Notes: generated from the sequence alone by a model not told the origin. DNA of 64,000 bases from Octopus sinensis (GCF_006345805.1 NC_043012.1:51584001-51648000); one strand, 5' to 3'; positions 13,870 to 27,096 are shown, counted from the stretch's first letter. Numbers and translations: made by a program.

Positions 13870-15279
13870 TTCTACTCATGTGACATAGCTTAAGGCAAAG
13901 TTAACATTGAGAGAATAATTTTCCGGGGAGTCTCGTTATCCCCTTCAGTATTTGTGTTATGCTTTTTTCCCCCTTAGTAGAGTTTTAAGAAAGGCAAGGC
14001 AGGTTATCAGTTTAGAGTGAAGGGAAAATTGACAATTTGCACTACATAACTGATTTGAGGCTTTCTAGTAAGAATAAAAGAGAGATTCATCAATACAAAC
14101 TGTAAGACTCTTCGGCAAAGATATATGTATGGAATTTAACAAAGATAATTGCGCAAAATTAGTCATAAAATATGAGAGAGTCATCAATGACAGCATCCAA
14201 TTATCGGTTATCGGATATCCAGGCATTAAAATCACTGAAAGGAGAAAGTTACAAGTATCTAGGGGCATTAGACTTTGACAGAGTACCAACTATAGAAACG
14301 GAAGCGAAGATTGAGAAGGAGTTCTTCAGAAGTGTGAGGAAGTTAATGAAGTTAAATTTCAATGCTCCGAGGATAGTGAAGGTTGAAAATATTTGGGCAG
14401 TGTCGATACTCAGATACCCAGTAGCATTTGTAGACTGTACAAATCTGAATTAGCAAATATTGACACAACTAGGAAGGAATTCAATTTGAATGGAGGATTT
14501 CACCTCTAGTTACCTAGAAAGGAAGGTGGATGACGGCTAATTTCACTAGGAGACTGCGTGGAGTTAGCTAGAGTAAATACAGCCTCTAATGCAGGTAATG
14601 GTGAAGAAACTTTGAATAAGGTAGCAGTAGTACCAATACTTTTCGGAGCCCTGGGAACATTGAGCAAAAACAGCACTGCTTGGAACCGTTCGGATACTCC
14701 GGAAGGTGCTTGAAAAGAGTACGATGTGGCAACAGCACGGAAATTATACAAACCTGGAACGAGAGGGCGTCATTAAGAACAAGGAATATAAAATCCAGTC
14801 GTATTTTACGAGCCTAATCGATGCTCAGATGATGTGGTAGATGAAAGAATAAAGGGAACCAGAATCATCGATATTGCTATATTTGGAATTCACAGTTAGA
14901 TGACAGAGGGCTGCAAAAACTAGGGAAATACAGACTACTAAAAGCGGAATTGCAAGAATAACAGCAATGTGAAAAGCAACTGTTACCACAGTAGTTATAG
15001 GACTAGTAGGAGGACTAACAACCAGACTCGAAAAATCTCTCGCAAATTGGAAATGACATGAGGGCAGAGAAGGCCCGAAAGCTGCTCTATTGAGGATAGC
15101 TCGGATTTTGATATTGGTGGTTCGATGTTGAGTGTCTTCGTCGATGAGTTGGCCACCAGATACCAACGTTTGCAATTTGCGGAAAGTGAACGTGTGAGAC
15201 CGCTAACAACAAATTGTCCGCTCTCTCAGAATCAAGAAGATGAAGTATGACTGAGATCTCTGAGTAGTAAAATAATAAT

Positions 15280-15312
<33 letters not shown>

Positions 15313-15320
15313 AATAATAA
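13870..15320 (+). mobile_element. Decayed R4/Dong-clade non-LTR retrotransposon (RT C-terminal half plus RLE endonuclease)
   Basis: Remnants of RGIFQGDSLSP, KINHLLYMDDL, YKYLG..NIWAVSILRY, GG.GLISL.DCVE, RIIDIAI, VVIG.VGGL and KAALLRIARIL. (AAT/AAC)n tail at ~15271-15320. Confidence 0.85.
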
Positions 15321-15764
15321 TGTGTTAAATTTGTTGACACCAGCAGACGGCAAAACATCTGTTAAATATTTTTACTTTTAAGACACGGACTTCGATATAG
15401 AGGTCTCGGTTATGTGGTACCTAAAATCTATAGCTCTTTTTTGTGGTCATCGGGGCATTCAAATTGCTTCTTTGAATGTTATGGTTAAATGCTAGTATAC
15501 GTAATAGTGTCACAACACACACAAAAACATTCACATGGGTACATACTCCATCCTAAGAAAATCAGCGGCATTCAGAGAGTAGTGGAAACGTCTAAAATTT
15601 TTTAAAATTACAAATATTTCAACTTTTACCAGGTTCTTAATTTTCAGTATTTCAACTCCTTTCCATGAAATATTTCATAGCTATTCATAAATCACAGCCA
15701 TAATAAAACACCAAACTTGCTGTTTCTAGAGCTTTCTGAATGAAAATGAAAATCTAATCTAGTC

Positions 15765-16150
15765 GAATTAATGTTTCCTCATGAAGATAACATGGACGCC
15801 ACTCGAGCTCGAAAGATTGACCGTTATGTAAACCTTCTCGAGGAATATGAAGACGCAGGCTGGAAAGCGGAGCGTTTTCCAATCAAAATCGGATGTAGAG
15901 TGTTTTTTGGACACTGTGAGACGACTGTTGTTATCGTTAGGCCTAACTCATCGTAAGATAAATACCACGACGACCGATATCCGAACTACAGTGGAGAAAG
16001 CTAGCCAATGGATTCGGTTAAAAAGAGACGATGAGCGATGGCTAGAGAAATATTGAGCTATATTTAATAACCAGTTGATCTAGCAGGTGGGGCTCATATC
16101 AGTGATAGGGGGCCGGTGCCCATTGATGCCTTAGAGAGAGGTAGGCTCCA
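15765..16150 (+). mobile_element. 3' end of an RLE-type non-LTR retrotransposon, HERO-like
   Basis: FPHEDNMDATRARKIDRY..L..AGW....PIKIGC then LSLGL..TVEKASQWIRLKR..RW, resembling the HERO C-terminus (VPWEE..ERK..KY..GW..PVEVGCRGF..AE.AS.WLW.KR..W). Confidence 0.7.
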
Positions 16151-17739
16151 AAACGGCGCGCATTCTGTATGCGGAATTATCGACTGGTAGCACTTGCATG
16201 TGCAAGTTGTTTGCATGACATCAAAGCAAAAGCAGCAATGGAAATAATAGTGATAAATTAGGAATAACAATTTCTTCATTAGCCGGAAAAGTCAATTTCA
16301 TAAACCATGCATTGATGTAGGGAAAAACGTGTAAAGTTTGAATGGGATATTTAATACATATGTGCTGTAGAATAAAGAAGTCTTATTAACGTACGAGAGA
16401 CGAGAAACGTTTACATAGTTCATAGGTCTAGAGAAGCCAAGGAAAGCCCAAATCCTGTGATCTGGTGCCTGATTAAGCACAAAAATTGTATGTACCTCGC
16501 AGCTGATACATCGCTGCTATTTCAAGCAGTTGGAGGTCTACTATCGAAAAGTTAAAGGAAAGCGTCGAAATCAGGTGATGTGGTAGTCTTAGCGGGGCGG
16601 TGGCAGTTAGTTTCTATCCCACTACCGATAAAAGCAGAAGTGCGTATATGCATCAAAGATCCATGTGAGAGGAGATATATTATCTTTTAGTATTAATTAT
16701 GCTTCTGTCGTTAATAATTAAAGAGTGTAATGAAATAAATAGTACTATAATCAATGTAATTGACTACACCCACTCCTCAAAATTGCTGACCCCCTGCATA
16801 TATCAGGAACGATTATCATTTTAATGGCTGCACGCGTGTCGTTTCACCCGTATATTTGTTTCTCCAAAGTTGCTAATTGTTTAGTGTGTCAATTGTTGAA
16901 ACTATCATCATTGCATAGGTGCGATTGATCCGTTTGTGTTTTTGAGGGCAGAAATTCGAAACAAAGATCTTCATTTTATTTTGCAAAGTAATTTTAAAAA
17001 CAAACATGTCGAGGTCTGCCCTGCGAGAGGTGTGGAAAAAGTCAGAGGTAGATCTGATAGTGAGTTGCAATACCGATCAGAGTCTCCTCTCTTTAACCCG
17101 CGCATGGAACGGGATATGAACATTCACCAAGTTCAAATTCCAGTGGACCACAATGACTCTATGACAACTATCGGCAGCAGCAGTAATAACAGCTTCGTCA
17201 ACACAACACGGAAATTTATTTCAAGCTATGATGTTGACTTCCCGGCAATGAAAGTGACAATACCAACCCCAGATATCAACCAACAGCGATAACTAGACGA
17301 CCATGAGCGTCGCCGCCACTGACCCCATTACTACGACCGCTACAGCTACAAAATTATGATAGGAGCAAAAAACAAAACAAAAAAGCAACAGTAGCCTCGG
17401 TAACATAAGTTATACAATAATTCCAACATGAATAACATTGACACCATCGACAATATAAGAACAATACATTTGCAGCAACGGCTGTTAAAGGCGGGGAACT
17501 ATTGTATAGATGGATATCCTACAAAAAGACGTGTACCTTGTCCAAGCAACCAAACTGATGAAATATGAAACGTCACAGACGAACATAGCCATACCCTCGA
17601 TGCGCTAGCAGAAGCACGAAAACTATAATTTATAGATGTTCCCATAAAAAGAAAAGGTTGGGGACAGCAAGTTAGACAGATGTTGAAGGCGCGCTAAAAG
17701 AAATGGTGTCCGACATTCAGCATATCTCGACAGCCAAAC

Positions 17740-18632
17740 AATTTACCGGTATTTCAGTGATTTTTAAGACTGAAGCTCTGACCGTCAAACATTCCATAGT
17801 TCCTTGTTGGAGCGAAATATATGAAGACGGTGAGGGTGCAAATCTCAGGAATTCCACCTGAAATAAGTATATGATGAATTTTACCGTGCATCTTATTGAA
17901 GGGATTAATAACCCCCTGGAGATGAATCGAATCTGTCTCAAAAATTAATCTGGGGTCAGTGTAGCCGTACTACTTCACATTAAACCAGCCTCCATCCACA
18001 AGTTACCAGACCTTATTCGTCTTCCGTGAGGGGAACAGCTGCAAGTTACTGTTGAGTGTAGAAGTCCACGTAGACATCTGTATGGGGAGGCCGGTCATTT
18101 AGAGCCTTCCGTCCTCAAAGGAAGACAGGGAAACGTAGAACACTCTTACAGCCAACACCAGGTCCCAAAAAACCACAAAACTCAACCGTCAGTGAACAAA
18201 CAGAAGCGGCACCGCACTGGGGACCAAGAGAAACATCAGCAGCAGGAACAGCAAAATCAGCAACTACTGGAAGAACTCCCAAACCAGAAACAACAACAAC
18301 AACAGCAATAACGACAACAACACCAGTGCCTCCAACAACAACTATAAGAAAAACAACACTAGGAGCAGGCGCACCAACATTCAACAGCACAAAAAATAAT
18401 AACGACAGACACACACACATCAAGGGGCTCTTCCAACGAAGCTTTCCTTGTTCCTTCATCGCTCTCTCTCTAAACTCAAATACACATACAGACTCACCTA
18501 TATTCCACAGATACTGATACCTCTGCCTCTCACAGTGAAAACGAAAGGGAACACAAAAAGCGAAAATATAAAAATAACAATAAAAGACATGCCCCACACA
18601 AACAAACAAAATATACAGGATAACCATGTTGA
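17740..18632 (+). mobile_element. Decayed ORF1 (gag-like) of an L1/Tx1-type LINE
   Basis: YMKTVRVQISGIPPEI..LPDLIRLP*GEQLQVTVECRSPRRHLYGEAGHL (degenerate CCHC knuckle), then low-complexity linker and STDTDTSASHSENEREHKKRK; many stops. Confidence 0.45.
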
Positions 18633-20790
18633 TGATTATGATTGTGAGTAACGCCATTATGATAACAATTGTTATGTTATTACCGAAGCTTAAAACCACA
18701 AAATAGGCAGATGCCTCAGATATTATTCTGTAAATGTCTTAGCACCTCATTACAGAGATAGATATCATTTTATTACCCACAGAATATCGAATACGACATC
18801 AGCAGTAGGCAGGATCGTTAACTTACCTAAGCATACTCAAAAATTGTGGCATAGAAAAGAAATGTACCACATTAAAATCGATGCATAAGTAAACGTGTTT
18901 GTAGAGATCTAAAAATATCCTGCAATATTTGAGTGATTTTAGAATTATGCCCTTTGAATGATTGATATTAAAACATATTTTTAATAATAAAGAGAGGAAC
19001 TGGAAGTACTTTCTCAGCTATACAATTTGCTGTCAAATCGTATTGAATTATTTGTTCTGATCGGTTTCTAAATTGTATTGGTGCAAACCTGCTTTGCCAG
19101 AATTTCTTGTTTAAAATGTAACTTCACAGAAATTCTAGTCAAAATCAGTCGCATAGGTAAACCATACGTTCTGGCTGAAATATATAGAATGTTCAATGTG
19201 TACATGTATAAAGTAATTTTCAATCAGTAAAGCAGAAAATATTTTTTATTAAATTCTATAATTCTATTCACTTTGATCATCCCATTAATTTTCTCCAAAA
19301 ATATTTTCTTTATACATTTTCCCTTTCATATTAGATGATTTTATAATCAGCCAATAGACTTAGAAAGGGTAGAAAATCGTCATAGAAAATTATTCCTTTT
19401 CATATTTCTTAATAATTATTTATCCCTTTATATTTTTCTCGATTTTCCTGTACTCAGGATTTTTATTGGAGTAGTGTCGATATTAAAGTTGCATTTAAAG
19501 AATGTAGAAAAATAGATTTTGTTGCATTGTGCGCTGGAAAACGTTTCAATTTAGTATTTAGGATAAAGTGAATCTTATATATCATTTATTTCACATATAT
19601 ACGCTATTTTATTTTCTTACAATTTTTGTTTCGTTTTGTTTCGTTTTGTCGCTCTACTGTGAATGAGTATTTGTTTGATATTGCTGACAATATAAATCTG
19701 AAAATGTTAACCCAAAGCATAGACAATCAAGCGTGTTTTAATGCAAAGAGACAAACCTGCATATACAATGAACTTTTATCTCCGTGTTCAATGTATTGAA
19801 GAACATTAGTTGAGAGAAAAAAAGGGGTGACATCAACTTTTTCTTTTGTTCCTCGTTATCTATTCTATCTAGACTGAACCCAATGTGACATCTTAAAATA
19901 GGAGTCTAAAGTAGTTGATCAGCCATTAATAGACGGCTAGCGTTGATCTTTTTGACAAAACTGTCCGATCCTACTTTAATCTTTCTTTCCATTTACTTTT
20001 GATAATATTATCGCAATGCATTCAATATTTTGCTTTTGTCCTTCCAATGTATATCATGAATGCCTTTTTTTTTTTTTTTGCTAAGCTAATGTAATGCCAT
20101 CTTTTCGACAGTAACGACTACATAAACATAAAGGATATATGGCAAAGCTACATTTTAGATTTTGACCTTTTGACCTTCCTACCTGATAATGGGCAATTGA
20201 TTTTTTTTCTTGTAAAGAGTATGTTTGCGTTTGGCTTCTGTTTATATCCATGTTGCTGTTCTCTCAATGCTGTTTCTGTTACGTCAAGGTTCAGCTGAAA
20301 GATTATTTTCAAAGTTATCTATTCCATTTTGTACTTAACAGTGATTCACGTGAACTTTCGTTGGCATTATCTAAAAAATATATAGGTGATCGAAAATATT
20401 TTATCGCTGAGTTTTATTTCAGAATCTATAGACAGGAACAAATCAGACAATGATCTTCGTCTAAAAGAACTCCAGCGTCAAAATGAACATGAAAGCCGTC
20501 TCGATTGTGATCAATAAGCTTGCCAATAAGGATATATTTGCCATTTAAAATGCCGAATATGGTAATTAAAAATAACGCTCGATATAACACATACAGATTA
20601 CGCTATCACATAATCTGACAGGTAATTTCATTTAATTTTTTTTTCCACATTCAGTCGGTTATATACTGTTTAAAAACTAATGAGATTTCTGAATATCCTG
20701 TGTTTTATTGCAATATATTTACCTACCTATACGATAGAAGGATAATATAATGCAAATAGTAACTAATGAATCATAGCACTATATATATAT

Positions 20791-20821
<31 letters not shown>

Positions 20822-20977
20822 TATATATATGCGTGTGGGGGTGTATATGTGCTTGTACGAATATATATATATATGTATATAGATATATGTATATGTATAT
20901 ATATATATAGATAGATAGATAGATAGATGGATATATATATGTATATATATAGTTATGGATATATATATGCAGATATG

Positions 20978-21010
<33 letters not shown>

Positions 21011-21420
21011 ATATATAAAGAGAGAGAGAGAGTGAGAGAGAGTGAGAGAGAGAGAGAGAGAGAGATGTATGTATGTGTGTGTATACATATATATAATGAC
21101 AGTCATTTGCAAATATGTACCTGCATATGTGTATAGACACACACATATGCGTACGTATATATGATTCTATGCGGACGCGCGCGCGTGTGAGTATTTGTTC
21201 CCGTACTCGTGAAGTTAGCGGAGAACACAATAAAGTTGAAATATTCACGTTTAAAGCAGCAAGATAACGTTATATGTGTACAGCTAACATGAAAAGAAAC
21301 TCTTAAATAAAATAAAATCGTTTTTTTTTTAAATCATATTATATTATATATTTTCTTCTGACACTAAAATGTATCTAACAATCATGCAACAATATACATG
21401 AAATGGTGGTTATGAAAAGT

Positions 21421-21456
<36 letters not shown>

Positions 21457-21573
21457 ATATATGTATATATGTACACACGCACATACATATACCTACTTTA
21501 TAGTATATATATGCATGTATGAATGTATATATCTATGTATGTAAAAGTAGATAGTTAGATAGATAGATAGAGC

Positions 21574-21642
<69 letters not shown>

Positions 21643-23524
21643 ATATATCATAAGCCGCCATTCGAAAGCGGATTGGAACTTCTAGCGAGCAGAGATTTTT
21701 CAATAATTCTTTTAAGCGCAAAATTAGTAAATTAGTAGACATAAGAACATTTTAGGATCTCCCATTTTTGACGGAGCAGAACAAAAATGAGTCAACCGGC
21801 TTATCATATCATATCCTATGTAGAGTAGACTAAAGAATATATTAGTTTACGCTTACCTTGCTGTTAGATTCATTTATTTCCTCTCATTATATTTCCACTT
21901 TTCATATATTGTCTAAATTTATCTTACACTATATGTTGCGGGCTATGCCATAAAGTATAGAGATGTAGTCCAACGTGAATTAATTGGTTGAACATAAAAC
22001 AACCTTGACAAAAAGACAAAAAGACAAAAAGACAAAAATACTTTCACATCGCGCCCAGAACATTCAATGTGTGCGTTAAAGCATTTAAACTTTATTAGAA
22101 GCAACGATATATCACTGAAAGCCGTTTCTTTATCTTACGATCTTTAAGTCTATTGACTGTAAAATAGTTGGCTGAGGATTGATGGTTTAATTGAGATTAA
22201 GTTCTAAACACATTGGGAACGTTTTATCCGCTAAGCCGAAGTAAAAATATACGTTCCCCAACAGATTTCAGGGTACATCTTTTAAAGTAGTTTACGAGTA
22301 AAACAGCACGCAATCTTTTCTCGTTAGATACCGACCAATAAAGAATTTTAACGTAGGCTCTAGCTTAAAAAGAACGAGTTCTTCAACGCTATAATTGAAC
22401 GTGTTCATCAACGCTGTAAATTGTTAGAGCGGAGAAGAATGTAATATTTGGCTACGGTCGTTGAACGTCAATCAGTGGCTATGAGAAAATAAATCAGTGA
22501 ACTTAAAGAGATAAATTACATATTCAGTACATAAAAACAGATACCAATAGCCTAGTTGCATACTTTCGTTTGACATAATATACGGGTGCCACATGAATTC
22601 GGGCCAGTTTCATATGCTTCGTTCAGTTACTAATATTATATTAAAATTAAACAAAGAGATTTGAAACACTGGCTTTATTTGCTTCGGTTTGTTAAAAAGC
22701 CAGTTCTTATACAGATCAATCTAAAATGATGAAGAACAGAATGTTTGACAACAATTATTGTCTATCTGTATGTGATCTTAGCAATGATCATTTGTTTCTA
22801 TAACTCTTTATCTCATTATCAAGCCATCCGTCCATCCATGATACCCAATATTAAAGAGAAAATTTAAACTACAGATTTCTACATCCGTTTACAAATGATA
22901 TAGTTTCTCATGGTTCCGTAGTTTATTTATATACGCATACACACGTACCCTAACATATTTATGAGCGCTTTACTATACAAATCCGCTGAAACAATATACT
23001 CAAGGATATTTTTAATCGTTTCTTTCAAAATCGACACAAGTTATTAACCGAGTAAGTGTAGTTTCTATGGACGCAACTACCATCTAATTAGACCTTGTCA
23101 ACTATTGTATTCCGAGTATAAATATGATATCACCAACGGGCGAAAAATACGTAGACACACGAGCGATAAGTACAAGACAAATGACCAAAAATTATACAAT
23201 GATAACAAGGCAACACTAACGAGTGAAAAATACGTAAGCACATAATGAGAGACAAGCACGGGACAAAATACTACAGGAAGTATAACCCCTACCCTTCGAA
23301 CAAACAAACAACGACAGGGTGGACATACTGAGTAAACAATCGACGAAGATAAACATTAAGGGCTTTTAGGACAAGACGCATGGTAATCGGTAACGCCTGC
23401 GAGAAATTTTGAAAAGATATAGAATAATGACCCTTGGTGATAAACTATGGTCACCACACAATATATAATTTACGACGGAACCCGAAGCAACCGTCTCAGT
23501 GCAACAATGTATCAGCTACTGAAA

Positions 23525-23945
23525 AAAACTGAAAGAATTAAAACTCTTCTCCTTGGAACGAAAGCAGGAAAGATACGCAGTGATATAAATCGGGAAAGTC
23601 CTGGAAGGCCTTGTACCAAACTTTGGCATTGAAAGTTACACAAACAGCAGAACGGGGCTGTACTGCATAGTACCAAATATCACTGCATCTCCATCAAAAT
23701 ACAGGACCAGGTACTGCAACATCTTAGGTTTCAAGAGACCACAGTTCTTCAATATCCTTCCAAAATGACTGACGGCCCTGCATAGTCCCAGATGCGCCTA
23801 CCTCACGGCAGGAAACTCACATGAGGGCAAAGGCACCAAACTCTCTCATTCAGCAAATGCTACATTTCGGAGGCGGTTTCAGACAATAATGTAGCACAGT
23901 CAACGGTGGGCCCCTAGCATGACGACGGCATGAAGCTGAAACAAA
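23525..23945 (+). mobile_element. 3' fragment of a CR1/L2-group LINE
   Basis: LKELKLFSLERKQERYAVI*IGKVLEGLVPNFGI..RTG..CIVP..FFNILPK matches the post-RT C-terminal motif of CR1/L2-like elements. Confidence 0.7.
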
Positions 23946-23957
23946 ATAAAGATACAA

Positions 23958-24105
23958 AAATAGGACGAATGCTGCCATTGATTAGCTCCAAGATCCCATC
24001 GCATCTAGCTATATGCATCACATGATGGATTAAGCAACCACAGACTAGTTTCTGGGTATTTGCCCTTTATCAATGTGGTGTAGCCGGACGCAGCGGGGTC
24101 GCTGT
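23958..24105 (+). repeat. Partial diverged copy of the left arm of the adjacent fold-back element
   Basis: AATAGGACGAATGCTGCC(A/G)TTGATTAGCTCCAAGA...TTATCAATGTG..GTAGCCGG occurs at ~23958 and again at ~24265. Confidence 0.8.
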
Positions 24106-24169
24106 TGACTGTCTGTTCGAAAGTTTATATATTTTCAGTGGAACACATCCAATGGTTTTCAAAAATAGA

Positions 24170-24720
24170 AATATTATTATTTCTAAATCTCTCTCTAAAA
24201 GAGACTACGGCACCAGTACTGGTTATTAAGAGCTATCGCCAAGTTAACAGGGCAGTCCAGAAAAAATAGGACGAATGCTGCCGTTGATTAGCTCCAAGAG
24301 GCAATCGCCTCTAGCTAGCTATGTGACACAAACTTGTGTCCATTACAACCGTCGAACAGGGGAGGACATCAGCATCCCCATGCTGGTTAAAGCATTCCAG
24401 ATTAGTTTCGGGATATTTGTTCCTTATCAATGTGTAGTAGCCGGCTGCATTCGGCTACTAGACGTTGATAAGGGGTAAATATCCCGAAGCTAGTCTGTAG
24501 ATACTTGAACTAGCATGGGGAACCTGATGAGATCCTCTGTTCACCTGTTATAATGGACACAGGTTTGTGTGTCTCATAGCTAGCTAGATGGCTTCTTGGA
24601 GCTAATCGACGGCAGCATTCGCCCTACTTATCTGGACTGCCATGTTAGCTTGGCGATAACTATTAATACCCAGTACTGCTGCCGTAGTCTCCTTTAGAGA
24701 GACTTAGAAATATTAATATT
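24170..24720. mobile_element. Fold-back (whole-length palindromic) MITE-like element, ~550 bp
   Basis: Left arm 24170-24443 is the diverged reverse complement of right arm 24452-24720; apex TAGTAGCCG-GCTGCATT-CGGCTACTA. Confidence 0.9.
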
Positions 24721-24799
24721 TATAATTATATATACATACTAGCTGAAGGTGACCCGCTCTACGCGCGGGTAAGAGTGTGGTTGTTACTTTCTGTTGCTT

Positions 24800-25063
24800 C
24801 CTTTCAGCACGTAAAAAGCACCAACCGATCGTGATCGCTGCCAGCCCCCCTGGCACCTGTACCGGCGGCATGAAAGCATCCACTACGCTCAGAGAGTGGT
24901 TGGCGTTAGGAAGGGCATCCACCTGTAGAAACACTGCCAGATCAGACTGGAACCTGGTGCAGCCTCCAGGCTTCCCAGACCCCGGTCAAACTGTCCAACC
25001 CGTGCTAGCACGGAAAACGGACGTTAAACGACGACGATAATGATGATGATGATGATGATGATG
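24800..25063 (+). mobile_element. 5'-truncated MetaSINE-like element with RTE-type (GAT)n tail
   Basis: GAGTGGTTGGCGTTAGGAAGGGCATCC (Meta-domain-like) and ending AAAACGGACGTTAAACGACGACGATAATGATGATGAT. Confidence 0.75.
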
Positions 25064-25390
25064 ATTCTCCCTCTTTGTTTATCTCTACTTTCTCTCTCAC
25101 TTTCCCACTCTTTTACTCTTCCTTTCTCTCGGACTCTCCCTCGCTTTCTCTTACTCTCTATCTTTATCTCTCTCTCTCTCCCATTTATAAACAACAAAAG
25201 ATCTTGAGTAAGTTGAGAAATAAAATATTTAGAAAGATCAATCATAAATATCAGGCAGTAACAACGGAAAGGTCTGCTTCAAGGCAGACAGCAAAACACT
25301 AACATTTAAAAGGGACAGACGAACTTGCGAGCTGAATAAAAATAATAAAATATTGGAAACCAAAGTTTGAAGGGGTAGAATTTGAGGATA

Positions 25391-25643
25391 GTAGAGTCAC
25401 CATGGCTGGCATTTCTTCACGACGGACAGCAACGTATTGACAGTTTAACGGCTGGCGTAAAATTTTTGAACATGATGTAAGAGAAAATCCCTAAACACCA
25501 AGTTTTGAATTGATTCTTTCTCACGACCGTAGACTCACCATGGCAAGCATTCAAAAGTTCTTCATCATGGACGGCAACACATTGACGATTAAAAGGCTGG
25601 CGCAAATTTTTTAGTTTGATGTAACAGAGAATTGCTAAACACC
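25391..25643. repeat. Two ~138-bp tandem units
   Basis: GTAGA(G/C)TCACCATGGC...GGCTGGCG..AAATTTT..TGATGTAA..CTAAACACC starting at 25391 and 25529. Confidence 0.8.
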
Positions 25644-25889
25644 CGCTCCTTTAAATTTTAATCTTCTTCGAGCCCCATTTAGACCCCTTTTCACATTTTG
25701 GTTAATATAACCCGATTTCATTCGGGTCTACTGGGGCCACATTTTATGAAATGAGGAATTTTGTCCTAGAGGTCACGCCTTTCATTTGAGGAAAACAATA
25801 GTTGTCATGCAAACTTGCCAGCACTTTTAACATAGGTGTGCATATTTTCAGCTCAACCGACCACATAATGCACACATTATATATATATA

Positions 25890-25937
<48 letters not shown>

Positions 25938-27062
25938 TGTGTGTGTGTGTGTGTGTCTGTGTGTGTGTGTTGGAGTCTCTCTCATACGTGAGCGTTGACG
26001 CGGAATTCGACTGTTAAGCAGGTAACCTTCTCTTTGTTGAAATAGTTGTGAGCTGCTGGAGTTATTTCTCTGACGGGTAATAAGAATTTCCATATCCTCC
26101 GAGGAAACGAACTGTTGACCCAGACAATTAGAATTAATTTTAATAAAAGCATCAATTTAAGAAAAAATAATAAAGTAGTAAAAAATGAAAATTTAGCACG
26201 AAAAATTTGCAGGGTTCTAAATAAATGTTAAAATGTAATAGATACGAAAAACCTATGTTATCACCAGAACATGAACGCTCGTTGGTGTGTTCTATTTGTA
26301 TTTGGTCGATCGGCGCGTTAACAGGTAGACAATAGAATGCGATGGCGATGGCGATGGAATATTTGTTTCTCTCTATGAATGCAGACAGATACATAAGTGA
26401 AAGTTATGGGAAGGTAAGAAATAGAGTCAGTGAAAATGTGGTGGGAAGAGAGGAAATAGCGAGAGTGAGTTGAAGAAGACAGATACATTAAATAACGTGA
26501 GTGGACTTGTCAAAGTTATATAATGAAGGGGAGTTAGAAGGGAATGGAGGAAATAGCGTGAGTGAGGAAGATGGCCCCTAGAAACCACACCTTTTAAGAT
26601 AGGGATTTCTAAGGTAACCCACGGTCATCGTCACCTCATTTTACATGTCCTTGTAAATTTTGGAGCGAATTGGACTGGATGTAGTGGCATTGAAAGCGAG
26701 CCAAGCGGTAAAAATGCATTTCAGTTTTATATATAGAGATATATATGTATGTATGTATGCATGTTTTTATGTATGTATGTATATATATATATAATATATA
26801 TATATGATTTTATGTATGTGTGTGTGTATGTATGTAAATATCTATCTGTTTATTTGTGTATGTAATTGCCTGACCTCTAGTTTCTAGCCGATAAATATAC
26901 ACACTGGCGGTGCTACATCCTTTGGCGATATCCAGTGCTTTAGAACTGAGTTTCTTTAAGTCATGCTTTCTGAATATTTGTGCAAAACATGGAAAAGATT
27001 ACGCAATTTAATGTAAGTTATGAACAAGCAAACTCACTACACACACACACACACACACACAG

Positions 27063-27096
<34 letters not shown>

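Larger units (their letters stand above)
24739..26739 (-). mobile_element. Non-autonomous Helitron with nested or captured DNA (pairing of the two ends inferred)
   Basis: 3' CTAG at 24739-24742 with hairpin ACCCGC-N7-GCGGGT at 24752-24770. A|TC 5'-type end (TCTCTATATATAAAACTG on minus) at 26739. Internal ~138-bp tandem repeat. Confidence 0.5.

Noticed and set aside
16936-17292. 118-aa ORF
   Set aside because: No recognisable domain, low-complexity end, adjacent to a decayed LINE ORF1; not supportable as a gene.
19458-19553. 96-nt exon candidate DFYWSSVDIKVAFKECRKIDFVALCAGKRFNL
   Set aside because: Good acceptor but weak donor (GTATTT) and no partner exon or homology; within chance expectation.
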